Shown here: positions 25,501 through 41,072 of the stretch, in pieces | How the letters are laid out: each line of letters opens with the position of its first letter | How positions within the stretch are numbered: position 1 is the stretch's first letter | Origin: Takakia lepidozioides | Taxonomy: Eukaryota > Plantae > Bryophyta | DNA length: 64,000 nt | Assembly: GCA_030704615.1 (NCBI GenBank) | Contig: CM060732.1 | Span: 76,632,001 to 76,696,000, forward strand | Direction: 5' to 3' | Position numbers and translations under genes: made by a program | The notes under the pieces: model-generated | Told to the model about the DNA's origin: nothing | Databases searched by the model: none | Seen by the model: the letters and a program-made list of their open reading frames with translations, nothing else

Positions 25501-28500
25501 GGTAGCGAAATCGGAATTAGAGGTGTACACTGCACTCTTCGACGTCTCTTCGCCTTCCCCTGGGACAGACATACCTGGACATAGTGTTCACCGGAGTTGT
25601 CACGCTCGGCCTTTCCCATGTCGCCATACATGACAACGTTCACCGCGCTCGCCCCTGCAGCTGGCGGAGTGGTAAAGCTGGTGCTTGCACTCCATCCGGC
25701 TGAAGCACTGTAGACACGAAGTACAAAAACATGGCTCAGTGCATCACTAGGGCCACCCGATCGATTGCTTCATATACTTTCCGGGCTTAGTAATCTGGGT
25801 CCTGTAATCTGTCATGGGAGTAGTTAGTGCTTCCCAGTTCTTGAAGAGCTCTACTTCAACGCCCCTTCAGTTTCTTGACGAAATTCTGTGTTCCCAACAT
25901 GTTACAGTGTGTTGGCAATTTTACCTCTCTACAATCTCGCCATGGACTGTAAACGATCATTGTCGAGCGAGATGAGCTAGAAATTTTGCGCGTCTTGCTG
26001 AACTGCCATGTGTACAAAGTTTGATTTTTCGCACGATCTGGTTTTAAGCTTACACACGTAGTAGCATTTACGATTTATCATTGTTCAAAGCATAGATCCA
26101 TCGCCTCCGAATGCGTGGAAGTTACGGTGATCTAAATCAACTCAGCTGCGCCATCCATGCCCTTACCTGCCGTATGTGTAGGTGTAGGCGGTTGAGGGGG
26201 ACAGCCCAGTCATTACGGCTGTGTGGATGTTTCCCGGGTCGTGCCATCCAAAATCAGTTGCAGGGCTTGCAACTGAAGCTGCAAACAGACAACATTCCAG
26301 GGCACATGTATATTATTTCAATGTGCTCTGCTCACCAACAATTCAATGGTCAAATCTCATTCCCCAGTCTGAGCCAAGGTCCCACGAATTCATTCCTTCA
26401 GTTGAAACGGCCATTTGAAGAGAACAATCCAGATCTAAGAAGGGTAAAGATTACTTACAGCACATCTGGTTTTGAGCGAATGTAGAAACTGTGGAGGTTG
26501 CGGTCTGGCCATTGTAATTTATTTGTTGGGGGTTCCCGTCACCACTCACCCAGGTCAATCTCATCTATTCATGAACCAAAACCGAAAGGCAACACAATGT
26601 TAGCTCGTCAACTCCAGACATTTCTGGCGACTAGTGAATCTAACTTGCTGACTAACTGGCAAGCTCAAAGATCAGGTAGGCTTGAACAACCCACTATGAG
26701 TTCCCCTGTACATCGATAGTTCAGCTGTTGAAAACCTCGGATGAATTGGCGGGCCTCAAGCCAATGTATGGGAAATTTGGCTGAATATTTCAAGATATCT
26801 AGATGATCTGCTACTTCTAAGTTGAAACCTGGAGCCTCCGGGAGTATGAAATTTTGCATCCCAAGAAAGAAGATACGCTATGTACCGAGGTTCCAGTGGA
26901 GTCGACGCTGGAGAGATGACCATAGAGGGGCGAGGAGGGGTTGGCGAATGAGACGGCGCTTGAGGTGTTTAAAATGCATGGTGCAGCCATGCCACCAGCG
27001 AAAAACACGAACGAAACATCCGTCCTTATGTTGATGAGGCGGAAACTGATAGAGGCGCTGCACGTCTGGATCAAACACTTCCCCATCACACTTTCCTGAC
27101 ACTCGCTCTTTCCACATGACAAATACTGTGGGTCTGCCGATACATATTGGTACTGCATCCACCCACGCAGTGTTAGTTATGTACAATAGTGCGCATGCGC
27201 ATTGAATATATATGAGGTCCGGACGCTCGTATACAAGCATATCGATCACTTGTGCACTTGACATGTATGAATGGAACAGGTTCAGTTGAGACAACTGTTC
27301 GACCACTGTAAATTCTAAATGTAGATAAATGTTTCGGTACACCTGCCAGCTTCGGCGGGTGAAAGCATACTCATGACATATATACAAAGTTCAGTTATTT
27401 AACTTTTTAGGGGGAGAGAGAGGTTTACACGCAACTGTACCTAGCTAGCATATTTGGTCCGAGCAAAAGAGCATACAGTGCTGAATAGCAAGTGCCAGGT
27501 TTACAGCAGATTCACGATATACTCACAACCTGACGATCTACACAATTACATGCGATTCTTCAATTGCATGTACTTGTAATGTAAATACCTTCTGCTGCAA
27601 GGGTTCTTTGTACTTGCACCGCGAAAAATCCTACCTTGACAGGGTAGTGACATAAGAGGGGTAGTGAAGAGAGATCCCCAGTCTCCACGTAGAGGGCCTT
27701 ATTCAATGGACAATCCTTCACTCTAGTTTGGTTGAATGTCAGCAGCCCGATAATATTCCGCGCCACCAGAGTCCAGCCATGAACATACCCATTGTCACAC
27801 ACCGTTGGTTAGGGGTACATCCATTTGAGGTAACATGAATTCTGATTTCTAAGCCCCCTTGCTGTACCAACTTGACACCCGAGTTTCAACTTTAGAACAA
27901 GTGGCCTCGGTATCGTTTGGTGTTGTCAAATTATGACGAGCTAAAGAAACGAAGATCTTCACTTAAGATTCCATGTAGGGGCCTTTTATTCTTTTCACCA
28001 GGCTCAGGTATTCCGTCTACAAGTGCAGTCTACAGATCAGAGTACTTGAATGAATTGAATAGACAACTTTCATATCCAATGGAGCTCTGCACAAAGCGCG
28101 GATTTCTTAACCAACATCTGTCCAGAAAGGGTCAATTAATCCGCCAGAATCCTCAGCACGGACATGGTGAGTCCTGGCACGACTGTAATTTATCAATTTT
28201 CAAACTGGGGATGCACTGATTCTGAACGAGACACTCTCATACTTATCTGCACATGTGCTACTGTAAGTTGCCTCAAGCCAGATTACCATACATGTATTGC
28301 ACATACACTAAAAGGAGTGGATCTAGACCCAGAGCTTTCTGCAATTTTATCAGGTCCAGAGCAGTCGTGTCGCGAACGACTTTTGCAAAGGATAACCAAC
28401 AAGAAATTATCGAGAATTCTGTGAGAGAGAGAGAGAGAGAGAGAGACTGACTGGGCACTTGAAGGCGAGACGACGGCAATCCAGTCGTCGGCGCTTGGTG

Positions 28501-28828
28501 AGACAATACCACTCACAGTGACTGTCACGGTCTGAACATCGGACAAAGGCGAGGTGGCATCAATGGATATGGACAGATAAGGGTTGGGGTCATTGCAGCT
28601 GATCAGGGTACGCCTGTTGATGGAGCTGAAGACAGGGTTTCGCAGCTCATGATGAAATACAGTTGTGTTGGCAACACTTTGCGGAGCCACACTCACATTG
28701 GGATTTTCCAAGTTAGAGTTTCTGAATCCTGCGTATCGGGCTCCCTCGCATACAACTGCTCTACTCAGAATTGCCGTCAGACACAGAACAGCAATGCTCA
28801 AGAATTCTCGGGTTCTGGATTTGGCCAT
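22567..28828 (-). CDS. Purple acid phosphatase / nucleotide pyrophosphatase-phosphodiesterase (PAP1/24/27-like) with signal peptide, about 13 exons
   Basis: Approximate exons 28828-28452, 27722-27635, 27152-26886, 26564-26459, 26278-26167, ~25709-25575, ~25430-25238, ~24772-24589, ~24222-24154, ~23886-23777, 23368-23177, ~22983-22902, 22623-22567. Metal-ligand motifs YGDMG, GDISY, GNHE, FAGHR and GHVHNYERTC all present. Confidence 0.9.
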
Positions 28829-31800
28829 CTTGGATATTGACCCAATGCTATGATTTATGCTGGACACCTAGATCCAGTAGCTATGAACAGTCTCTGAATT
28901 ACAGCCGTGGACGTGGGTATGGGCGGAAAGAGATCCAAATCCGGCGCGTGCACACTGGTTCTTCGGCAGAGCGCGATCGAGCCTCTTGATGCTACAGCTG
29001 CTCAGCAGTATTTGAGATCATGTTTGTATACAACAGAGTGCCTCTCCTCTCTCACCCTGGCTTTGCATGCCCTCAAGTTCCATTAAGTAGTGTGGAGAAA
29101 CAGCCTCCCTTGTCTACGGGTCTTTGCCTTGCGTTGGCCAAGGCTCGGTCTGCAATTTCCGGCAGCTCCACAGTTCCTGAACAGCATACTCACTTGAGTC
29201 ATGATCATAAGAAGCTGGTGCTGACCAGGATCCCGACAACCAGGGGAAGCGAGGCGATTGAGGCCGCAAGCAAGCAACAGCAGCCGCCCAATGAGGTCTA
29301 CAAAAAGGCGACAACTCAGGACCCAACGTGACGCACCCTTACTGGTCGACGTTCTCATGGATAGTGTGCTGGACGGTGGACCCAAGATACATCTTACTAA
29401 GGATCTCGATCAAGTTCAATAGAGATCTCGACGTTCACTTCTCCCTAGTCTTCCGCTGGGATATGCTAGATATAGCGACCTTGAGCATTAACTTTGTTAT
29501 TAGGCCTGGATTTCCTAACTAGCGGAAGGAATCAACAGAGCAAGCCAAAAACCAATTGATACAAGGAAATCTACAACATGGATATAAAACAGTGCTGAAG
29601 ACTGAGACAGTGAGGCCCTGAAGACTGTCGAAAGGATGGATCAGTGACGGGGTCCCCTCTTCGTGCAATGACCACTTCTGCTGCCTAGCGCACATCTAGC
29701 AAAACTGGCCCCCTTAAATATATCAGGTCTACTGTAATCGAGCTTTACTTTTCTTCTCAAGAACAGGAAAGCTCGAGTGAGTACACTAGTATATAAAGAT
29801 TGGAAGGCCAACGTAGCAACCTTATTGCACTTTTGTCAGGGATCATGATCGACTGAGGCGAAAAGGGACCCAACTGATATAATGCATGGATTGATCAAAT
29901 TTGTGAAGAGGATTCGTAGACCACCAGAGCATGACTTCAGCACATGCAGCCCCATTGTTTTTGCCTTAATTCGCTGTAATAAAACAGGCTAGTACCGACA
30001 CTGTTCATGCTCCGGACACTGTGGAAAAGGAGCCAAACCAGCAGCTGTTTCATCAGGGCCGCTCCATCACGTTCGTCCAGCGCCTACAGGATCCCCACAT
30101 GCATGCTGGCTTGCAGTTCCTGACATCATGTTCGACGTTTTGTGCAGTTGATGCTCACACAGACATCACCAAATTTGTCGTTGCATATCAAACCAACACA
30201 TTCTGCAGGCAATCCACGGCCTTGTCCTTCTTCCTACTTCAGTTCCAGTTCAACCGAAACAGACAAGCGCCCACGGATCTTCCCTAAGAATGTACCAGGG
30301 ATCCAATTTGGGAGGCTTGCCTTGTTCACACAGTCACACTGGTGTCCGGGACTTCGGTGTGTACACAACCCAAATTAGGGTAAGTTCAGACCCGATTTGG
30401 GCTCCAACCATACCCCAATTTGGACATCAACCAAATTTGGGTACACGCAACTCGTCTAGGCGGCGACCCGCCAGACCCTCGGGTCACCTCCGGTGGCCAC
30501 CAGAGCTACCCGCGAGCGTGTGAGGTCCCAGCAGCATGGACTTGAACAGTGACTGCAGGTCCACAGTGCTCTGTGATCAGTGACAGGAAAAGCTCCAAAG
30601 TGGAATCAGAGACTTCCCCAATTGAGTATTTGTAGTGCAGGATTGCAGTGGGGCCCTGCATGGAGGCACAATTCCATAGCATATTCCTGGTATTATTTCT
30701 GAAAAGAGCATTGCAGGAGTGAGCTTTGCGGCCTCCTGCACATTGTTGCCAGCTCCCAGTTTGCTGCTAAATCCACAGCATAGTCAAGGTCCGTTGTGCA
30801 GCGTACAGTGATGGCAGCCTCATGCACTTCACTGCGTCGCCGTGATCCTTCTCGCAACTTACAAGCTGTGCATTACGGCGCTATAAGGCATTGTACACAC
30901 TGCGTCTCTCTCTCAAGATACAGATGAAATCTTTACGGTGCTACGACCGGGATGTTTGAAGCAAATGATCGCAATGTGCAATTTGTTAGGGTGGACACCT
31001 TATGCATGATCATAATTTAGCTTTCAAAGAAGCGCAGTTCGGAGAAGATGCTAACACAAGAAGGCATAAATGTTTGGAGCCAAGAGCCCTGGCACCGACC
31101 GTCGACAAACCTTATCAATGACGATTGCAGTTTCCTGCATCTTGGTAAGGTACTAAGTACGTAGTGCCCGCTGTGAGATCACTTTGGGGTGAAATTCTGC
31201 CAGGTGAACGTGGGGAACCACGGGGAACCGTTCCCCAGTGGCGGGGAGCACCACCAGCCAGCAGACGGACGGAAAATGCACCACGGATGAAATCCACTTA
31301 TTCATCCAATAAATGTTAGTGCGCTCTAGGAATGAACGTGGCTCCAACAGTGGCAGGTCCGGGCTTTCAGCCTAGCCACTTGGCCTTCAAGCGCCCTTTG
31401 AGGGCCGTGTCTCAAGTGGAGGTGCTTCTCTTTGAAGATCAGAGTTTTTTATCTGATTTCTAGTTCCCTAGACCCGGGAAGGTAGAGGATGACACGTTCT
31501 AGGTGCAAGAGGATCCCCCCCCACGGGCATGAACTGCTTAATACTGTAGTCTAAAATTGCACTAGTGTAGTTTTGATTCACTTTTGTCTCCTGGCTGTCT
31601 CGACATGGAACTCAACCCCTACTCACTCCCCAAGTGAGAGCCTGAGCTTATAGCGAAGGGACCGGGATCATCTTGCCAATTTATATCTCGTTGTACCATT
31701 CAACATAATAGGTTGTATGACTAGTTACGAGTCAAATGAGCAGAGTCAGGTAGTATCACACCCATCGATGCCATACTGCTGCCTTGATGGATGAAAAGTT

Positions 31801-32131
31801 GGGCTTGCTGAGCAGGGTAGAATGGGGGCCATATATGAAAACCAGACATCATACCTCCTCCCTCTCACAATCCCTCAATCAAACTCTGAAATGAGAAAAT
31901 CCATTCAGCATTTACACTACACCCTGTCCCCTTGGTTGTCTCTCTCATCCTCATTATCTTCCAATCACGTACAACACTCACCCAGAGCGGTTAGCCCATC
32001 CCGCTGGGTAAAGTTACAACTTCAGTAGGCTCAGTGCCCTGCGCTTTCGATTCGGTGTTACCTTTGATTTCTAAGTTATCCACAGCCCTTACTTACTTAA
32101 GTTTTTCTTAGCTTGGTGGAAATTGTCAAGC

Positions 32132-35880
<3,749 letters not shown>

Positions 35881-36394
35881 CTCTCTCCTCGAGACTTCCC
35901 AGAGATTCGCTCCGTTTCAAATGTGAATCAAGCAACGTCAAATCTTGGCAAGTTGTTTTCCATGAGCTCTTTGGGCTCCCTGTGCGCGTTACAAAGCTTG
36001 CGAGGCTACTCTCTGGCCTCGCACAACTCTCCCGATCTACTCCTTCCTCCCTCTTTTCGTTTTGTTTTTTGAGAAAGAGACGAAGCCCCCGAAAGAAGGC
36101 AATGAATCCACGGATGAGATCGGGTCATAAGATGGAAATTGGTCATCTAACGGATGCATATGGACGAAAATCGAGTCCGCAAATGGTGAGTAAGGCTACC
36201 GACGAGCTGGGTCTGAACGTCTGAACAAAGTTTACAAAGGAGTCGGGTACGTTGGAAGGTGAGAGAGAAGTGGAAAGGAGTTACAGATTCTTTGGAGTGC
36301 GAGAAGGCAATCTTCAGAGGTAATTGGGAACGTCATATAAGCAGCTCAGGGAGTAGCTGCTTAAATTAGCTCTCAGACTATTCTTTCGTGGATT

Positions 36395-36670
36395 GCTGGA
36401 GAAAATGGACGACGATGATGAGGTAGTATCCTGGAATGCGAGCATCGCAGGATATGCCCAGCACTGGTATGGATGGAGACTGTGGAGACGTGTGAACAAA
36501 TGATGCACGAGACCAGGTCACGTTCATTTAATGTGTTTGCAATGCACGAGCAAGCCTGCAGTCCTGGCCGAAATGGACAAAGGCATCATATTTGGCTTGA
36601 GGCAAGCTTGAATTGTGTCACACATCATCTGTGCAATGCCCTTGTGGAGATGTATGCCAATTGTGAGACT
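36395..36670 (+). pseudogene. PLS-PPR gene fragment
   Basis: VVSWNASIAGYAQH..ETVETCEQMM...CNALVEMYA across frameshifts, resembling the repeats at 41549-43354. Confidence 0.6.
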
Positions 36671-36792
36671 CGTAGACGGAAAATAGCTTGTCGGCACTTG
36701 TCCCAGCTGCCTTCGCAGTTACTGCTGAAGCCACTTTCCTTGCAAGCCGCTACTAGTACAGTTGGGTTACATGTTACTACTTCACCACGTGT

Positions 36793-37851
36793 AGGGAATT
36801 CCAAAAAGGCCTTGATGTGAAATGCACTTATCACTTGATCACCCCCCTAAAAGTGCGCAATTCAACTGAATTGCAAGGGCAATTCAATTGAACTAACCCT
36901 AATTTGCAATTCAATTGAATTGTCGGAACACATGATTCAATTGAATTGTCAACTCGCAATTCAATTGAATTGTAATCTATAATTTTTAACTTATTTTTGT
37001 ATATAATATATAATATATATGTACATGTATATATTCAAATTATATTTATACACATATAAGAGTATAAGCTAAAAATACATGTTGCCCGTCTATTCTTGCT
37101 GGCCCCTTTTTTGTGCCCTTGAGGAAATTGTGGAGTTGTGAAACCACCCTCAGCCTCAGCGAGAAAAGGAGAGCCAGAGACGGAGACAGATCAGCAGCTT
37201 CCTGTGATTCACTGGCAAAAGAAACATGGTTGGCTCCGAAAAAAACAGACAAAATCAAATCAAACCTGACAATTGATGAAAGGCTTCCCCTGCATCACCA
37301 TGTAGTCCCCTAACACTAGTATCTGGCCCAGGACAAAGAAAACAAAAAATATGTTCATCTTGAGAATTATCAAAAATTTGGATACCCTTACAAAGGTATC
37401 ATGTTGAAGTTGGGATGTGTGTTCTATATAAGTTTAATATATCAAACTCTTACACGTTGATACTCTTACGTTGGTATCATGTTTGGTATATGTACATAGC
37501 CATATATTGGCACCAACATCCACAAAGAGAGACAGTCCCGCTTTTACAAGCGCTTCGTGACTTCCCCTCTCTCTCTCTCTCCCTCTCTCGCTCTCCCTTA
37601 GGCTTTATCTTGGGCTCAAGCCTTACCACAGGCAAAGGATTGACAGACGGACAGCAAGAATAGACGGGCAACATGTATTTTTAGCTTATATTAAAAATAT
37701 ATATATATTATATACAAAAATAAGTTAAAAATTATAGATTACAATTCAATTGAATTACAAATTAGGGTTAGTTCAATTGAATTGCGCACTTTTAGGGGGT
37801 GATCAAGTGAATTGCGATGCATTTCACATCAAGGCCTTTTTGGAGTTCCCT
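36793..37851. mobile_element. Non-autonomous Mutator-like element (long TIRs, 9-bp TSD)
   Basis: TIRs 36793-~37101 and ~37652-37851 (AGGGAATTCCAAAAAGGCCTTGATGTGAAATGCA...). TSD ACCACGTGT (36784-36792) vs ACCATGTGT (37852-37860). Confidence 0.8.
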
Positions 37852-38047
37852 ACCATGTGTGCTCTTCAAATGAGAGGCCCCATTTTCGGGAGATAGATCA
37901 GACTTCCGGAGAGAGGCTCTGACTGTGGTACCTGGGAACATGATGTTGGCTATGGAGGTGGAATGCCTTCGGTAGTCCGGCGGGCTTTGCAGAGAACAGT
38001 TTCCCTTTGGAGACACGCCCTGGCAGCCCAAATTATCCTCTCCAGGT

Positions 38048-38221
38048 GTGCCAATTGTGAAGCCCAGACTGGCAGCGGAATTGGTAACTGTTATGGAGGA
38101 GATGAAGACACTGAAGCCTGACTATCATCAGAAGCTTCGATTGGAAAGGATGAATGAGAGGTTGGTGGGCATTCGCTAAAAGAAGGCTGCAGAGGCAGGC
38201 TGAGAAGGAAGAGAGGAAGCA
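38048..38221 (+). pseudogene. RPL13: 60S ribosomal protein eL13 C-terminal fragment
   Basis: Translates VPIVKPRLAAELVTVMEEMKTLKPDYHQKLRLERMNERLVGIR*KKAAEA, resembling the recalled plant eL13 C-terminus. Contains stops and lacks the N-terminal part. Confidence 0.6.
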
Positions 38222-38528
38222 ACGGGTTGGGAAGGTTCAGTCTACCGTTCTCTCTCTAACCTTGGGATTCCACACCCCACCACCGCTCTTCAATGGTGAA
38301 ATCAATGGTGTGCCTGCATAGAAATATACAATTTGACAGAATTTGTGGCCTGCTTGCTACGCCAAACATTTCGTGCAATGCAAATGGGCAATGATGTGTA
38401 CCAACGATATCGAGGAGGACATCAACTTAAGTAGAGATTTAACACGGTCAAGACGATCATCAATACCTTCAGTTTAAGTAATAAACGCGAACTATAGCAT
38501 ACTACATGAGCACTTGCATGCGGACGCT

Positions 38529-39245
38529 CTAAAGGGTAACAAGACCTGCGATCATTCCAGGAACAAGAGCCATTAAGTCTGTGGGGCCGGGCGCAGACCC
38601 CACTGGTATATATTCTCCAAACGAGGTTGCTTTGGTGGTGCCAGCAACCGGTCCGGGCTGGAGCTGTACTTTCAACTTGAGGGAGCTGCACCGGGGATCT
38701 CCCTGCATGTCGACGACCATGGTCTTGGTATCTTCGTCGTATACCTCTGTAGTGTCTGTCACGGTCGTCACTATCCCTCCCGATATGGCTACAGGAATCA
38801 ACAGCAGATCAAGTCCAACAGATTAGAATCGTGCCACATATCGTGCATCCCGTGCTAGCAGAGAATTTGCTTCATGGCTGTAAAGCTGGTCCAACCAACT
38901 TCACCTTTCAACTGCTCAGACCCTCTCAAAGCAACACATCCACACTGCTAAATGTACTATGCTCTAAAGTGACTGAAATAGAAACTGAGCTGCAACTCAT
39001 GGCTAACCAGAAGCATGGGCAACGACATGCTGTGTCACCTACGCTGGCAGAGAAGAATAACTAGTACCAGGCGCCAGGGTGAAGCGATCGATTGTGCCAG
39101 CGCTTCCATTGCCCTGAACACGCAGTCCATTAGTGATTACATGAGGGACGACCTGGGGTAGATGTTCGTCCAATCGTTTGAACAGCCCAAAGAGGCGCTC
39201 AGGAGTGATCTCATACAATCCTGACATTACTGGTGTTGTCGGCAT
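38529..39245 (-). CDS. Bet v1/PR-10/MLP-like protein, diverged copy C (2 exons, 145 aa)
   Basis: Exons 39245-39068 (178 nt, same intron position as copies A/B) and 38788-38529. QGNGSAGT loop; TDTTEVYDEDTKTMV shared with A/B. Confidence 0.78.
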
Positions 39246-40329
39246 GGTTCTGGGGTGAAGAGACTCCCAAATCCAAAGAGAGAGATATTTCAGTCCTTCG
39301 CACTGATTAGTGGAGACATATATTCTTGCCCTCGAAGGCTTTGAAAGGGCTTTAAACCAAACAGTGGGTGACTAGACCACATTTTCTCTAGAGAAGAAGA
39401 CTAACCGTACTCTGCTCCTGTAGGTCCCGCTCCCACCAGCTTGTGCCAGCCTTTTCTGTCATTGGGAGGTTTCTGAGCCCTCCCCTCAGTGGCATGCACT
39501 TGGCTTGCGTGTGGTTTTCAGACTAACCGCCCATTAGGCACAGGACAGGTCTCTAGAAAGTTGAGATACTTATTGATACCAAAGTTCTCCCTCAAGCCCA
39601 CTACTTTCCGCTCTTGGCTTTAAATATCAGGCCGGTGCTGGGCGGGACCACCAGCACCTCGACCTGCGTCCCGCATTCTGGTTCCCAAACTTCAGGATTT
39701 GTTTTTTTTTTTTTGAAGAAAAGGGGAAGCATGATTCTCATTCCAAATTCCAAGCCTTATTCCACTCTGCTCTACCCTGAGCACCACATCCAGCACACTC
39801 AGGTACACCTGAACACCCAAAAGTACACAAGTTGATCCAAAATGTGACCACCGCCCAGAGCCCAAACATCCGTCTGAAGTATCCAAAATCTAATCTAGAC
39901 CTAAGTGTCAAATGGCCACCATCGCGAGGCTAATCAGATCTCAACAAACATGCATCACATCTTGGTCGCCACAAAGTAATCCTACACTAGTTGTCCTAAA
40001 ATATCTAAATGTCTCCCTTGCTTCCCTTTATACAACTACTTGCAGCCTCAATGGTCAGATTGGCATAAAGAGCGAGGTTGAGTATGTGGGCCCCACATAT
40101 GTGAAGCACACATTGAACAAGTCGGCACAACCTGTCACTGAGCAAGCTAAAACAGCACTAAGAAGCTTACACTACACCTATACATCCAATGCAAGAGCCT
40201 AGAGGGATGAAAAAACCTCAGAGAAAACCTTACTCAGCACATGATTGAGCAAGGACAAACGTCTTTGAAGGAAAAACCCCAAATGCTTACAAAATGATGT
40301 AAATAGTTCAGCCCTACGTATTGACGGTC

Positions 40330-40950
40330 GCATTCTTTGATACCACATCTCCAGCCATATTCTCGAGCAATCCCTTTGAATCCTTGAGGCTCCATGAGGG
40401 CAGTGCCCAATGTAACATCTACTACAATCCCAGCTTTCGGAAGTCAGCATGGACCTCTTCGCCGTTTTCCGGGCTGGCAAACGCATTGCAAATGTGACCT
40501 TGTCAGACTTCATCCCTTCCTGCATCATTTGTTGATAGGTCTCAATAAACCTCCATCCCACGGTAATGCTGGGGGTATCCTGCGATCATTGCACTCCATG
40601 ATTGTGTCCAGCCAGATTGTTGAACAGTCCCTGCATCCTCAGTGCTCTCTCTTTACTATCGTGTTCCAGCCTTCTCTGAAACACTACAACTGATGTGTGG
40701 AGAGTCACTGATTTAATAAGGATCATTTGGAACATTGTTGGAATCTACACTAAGATGCACAGAATAACCTACCAAGAATGTATGTGGAAAGCAACCACCC
40801 CATCCACAGTGTTGGGTTGCCATACAGATGCACATGTCCATAAGGGTATTATCCTAACTGATATTTGGTAGAACCATCAGCTTTCATGAAGTCACCATGG
40901 ATGTCAAGCCCTTTCTAGGGCTGTCAAGCTGGCACACATATTGGATAAGC
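40330..40950 (-). pseudogene. Heavily degraded PLS-PPR remnant
   Basis: Fragments MIAGYPQH..GME, ETYQQMMQEGMKSDKVTF and EEVHAD in shifting frames. Confidence 0.55.
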
Positions 40951-41072
40951 CATGCAGGAACTTCCTCAACTATACGTCACAGCTAACATTCCCACGAAAT
41001 AGCGACTGAACCAAGCAGCTGCATACTTTTTACATAAGAAGCAAGCAAGCACCTAAAAACAAAACCATTGTT

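Noticed and set aside
29000-31800. Short ORFs and GC-rich stretches upstream of the phosphatase gene
   Set aside because: No recognisable protein motif, known miRNA or clear hairpin seen by eye.
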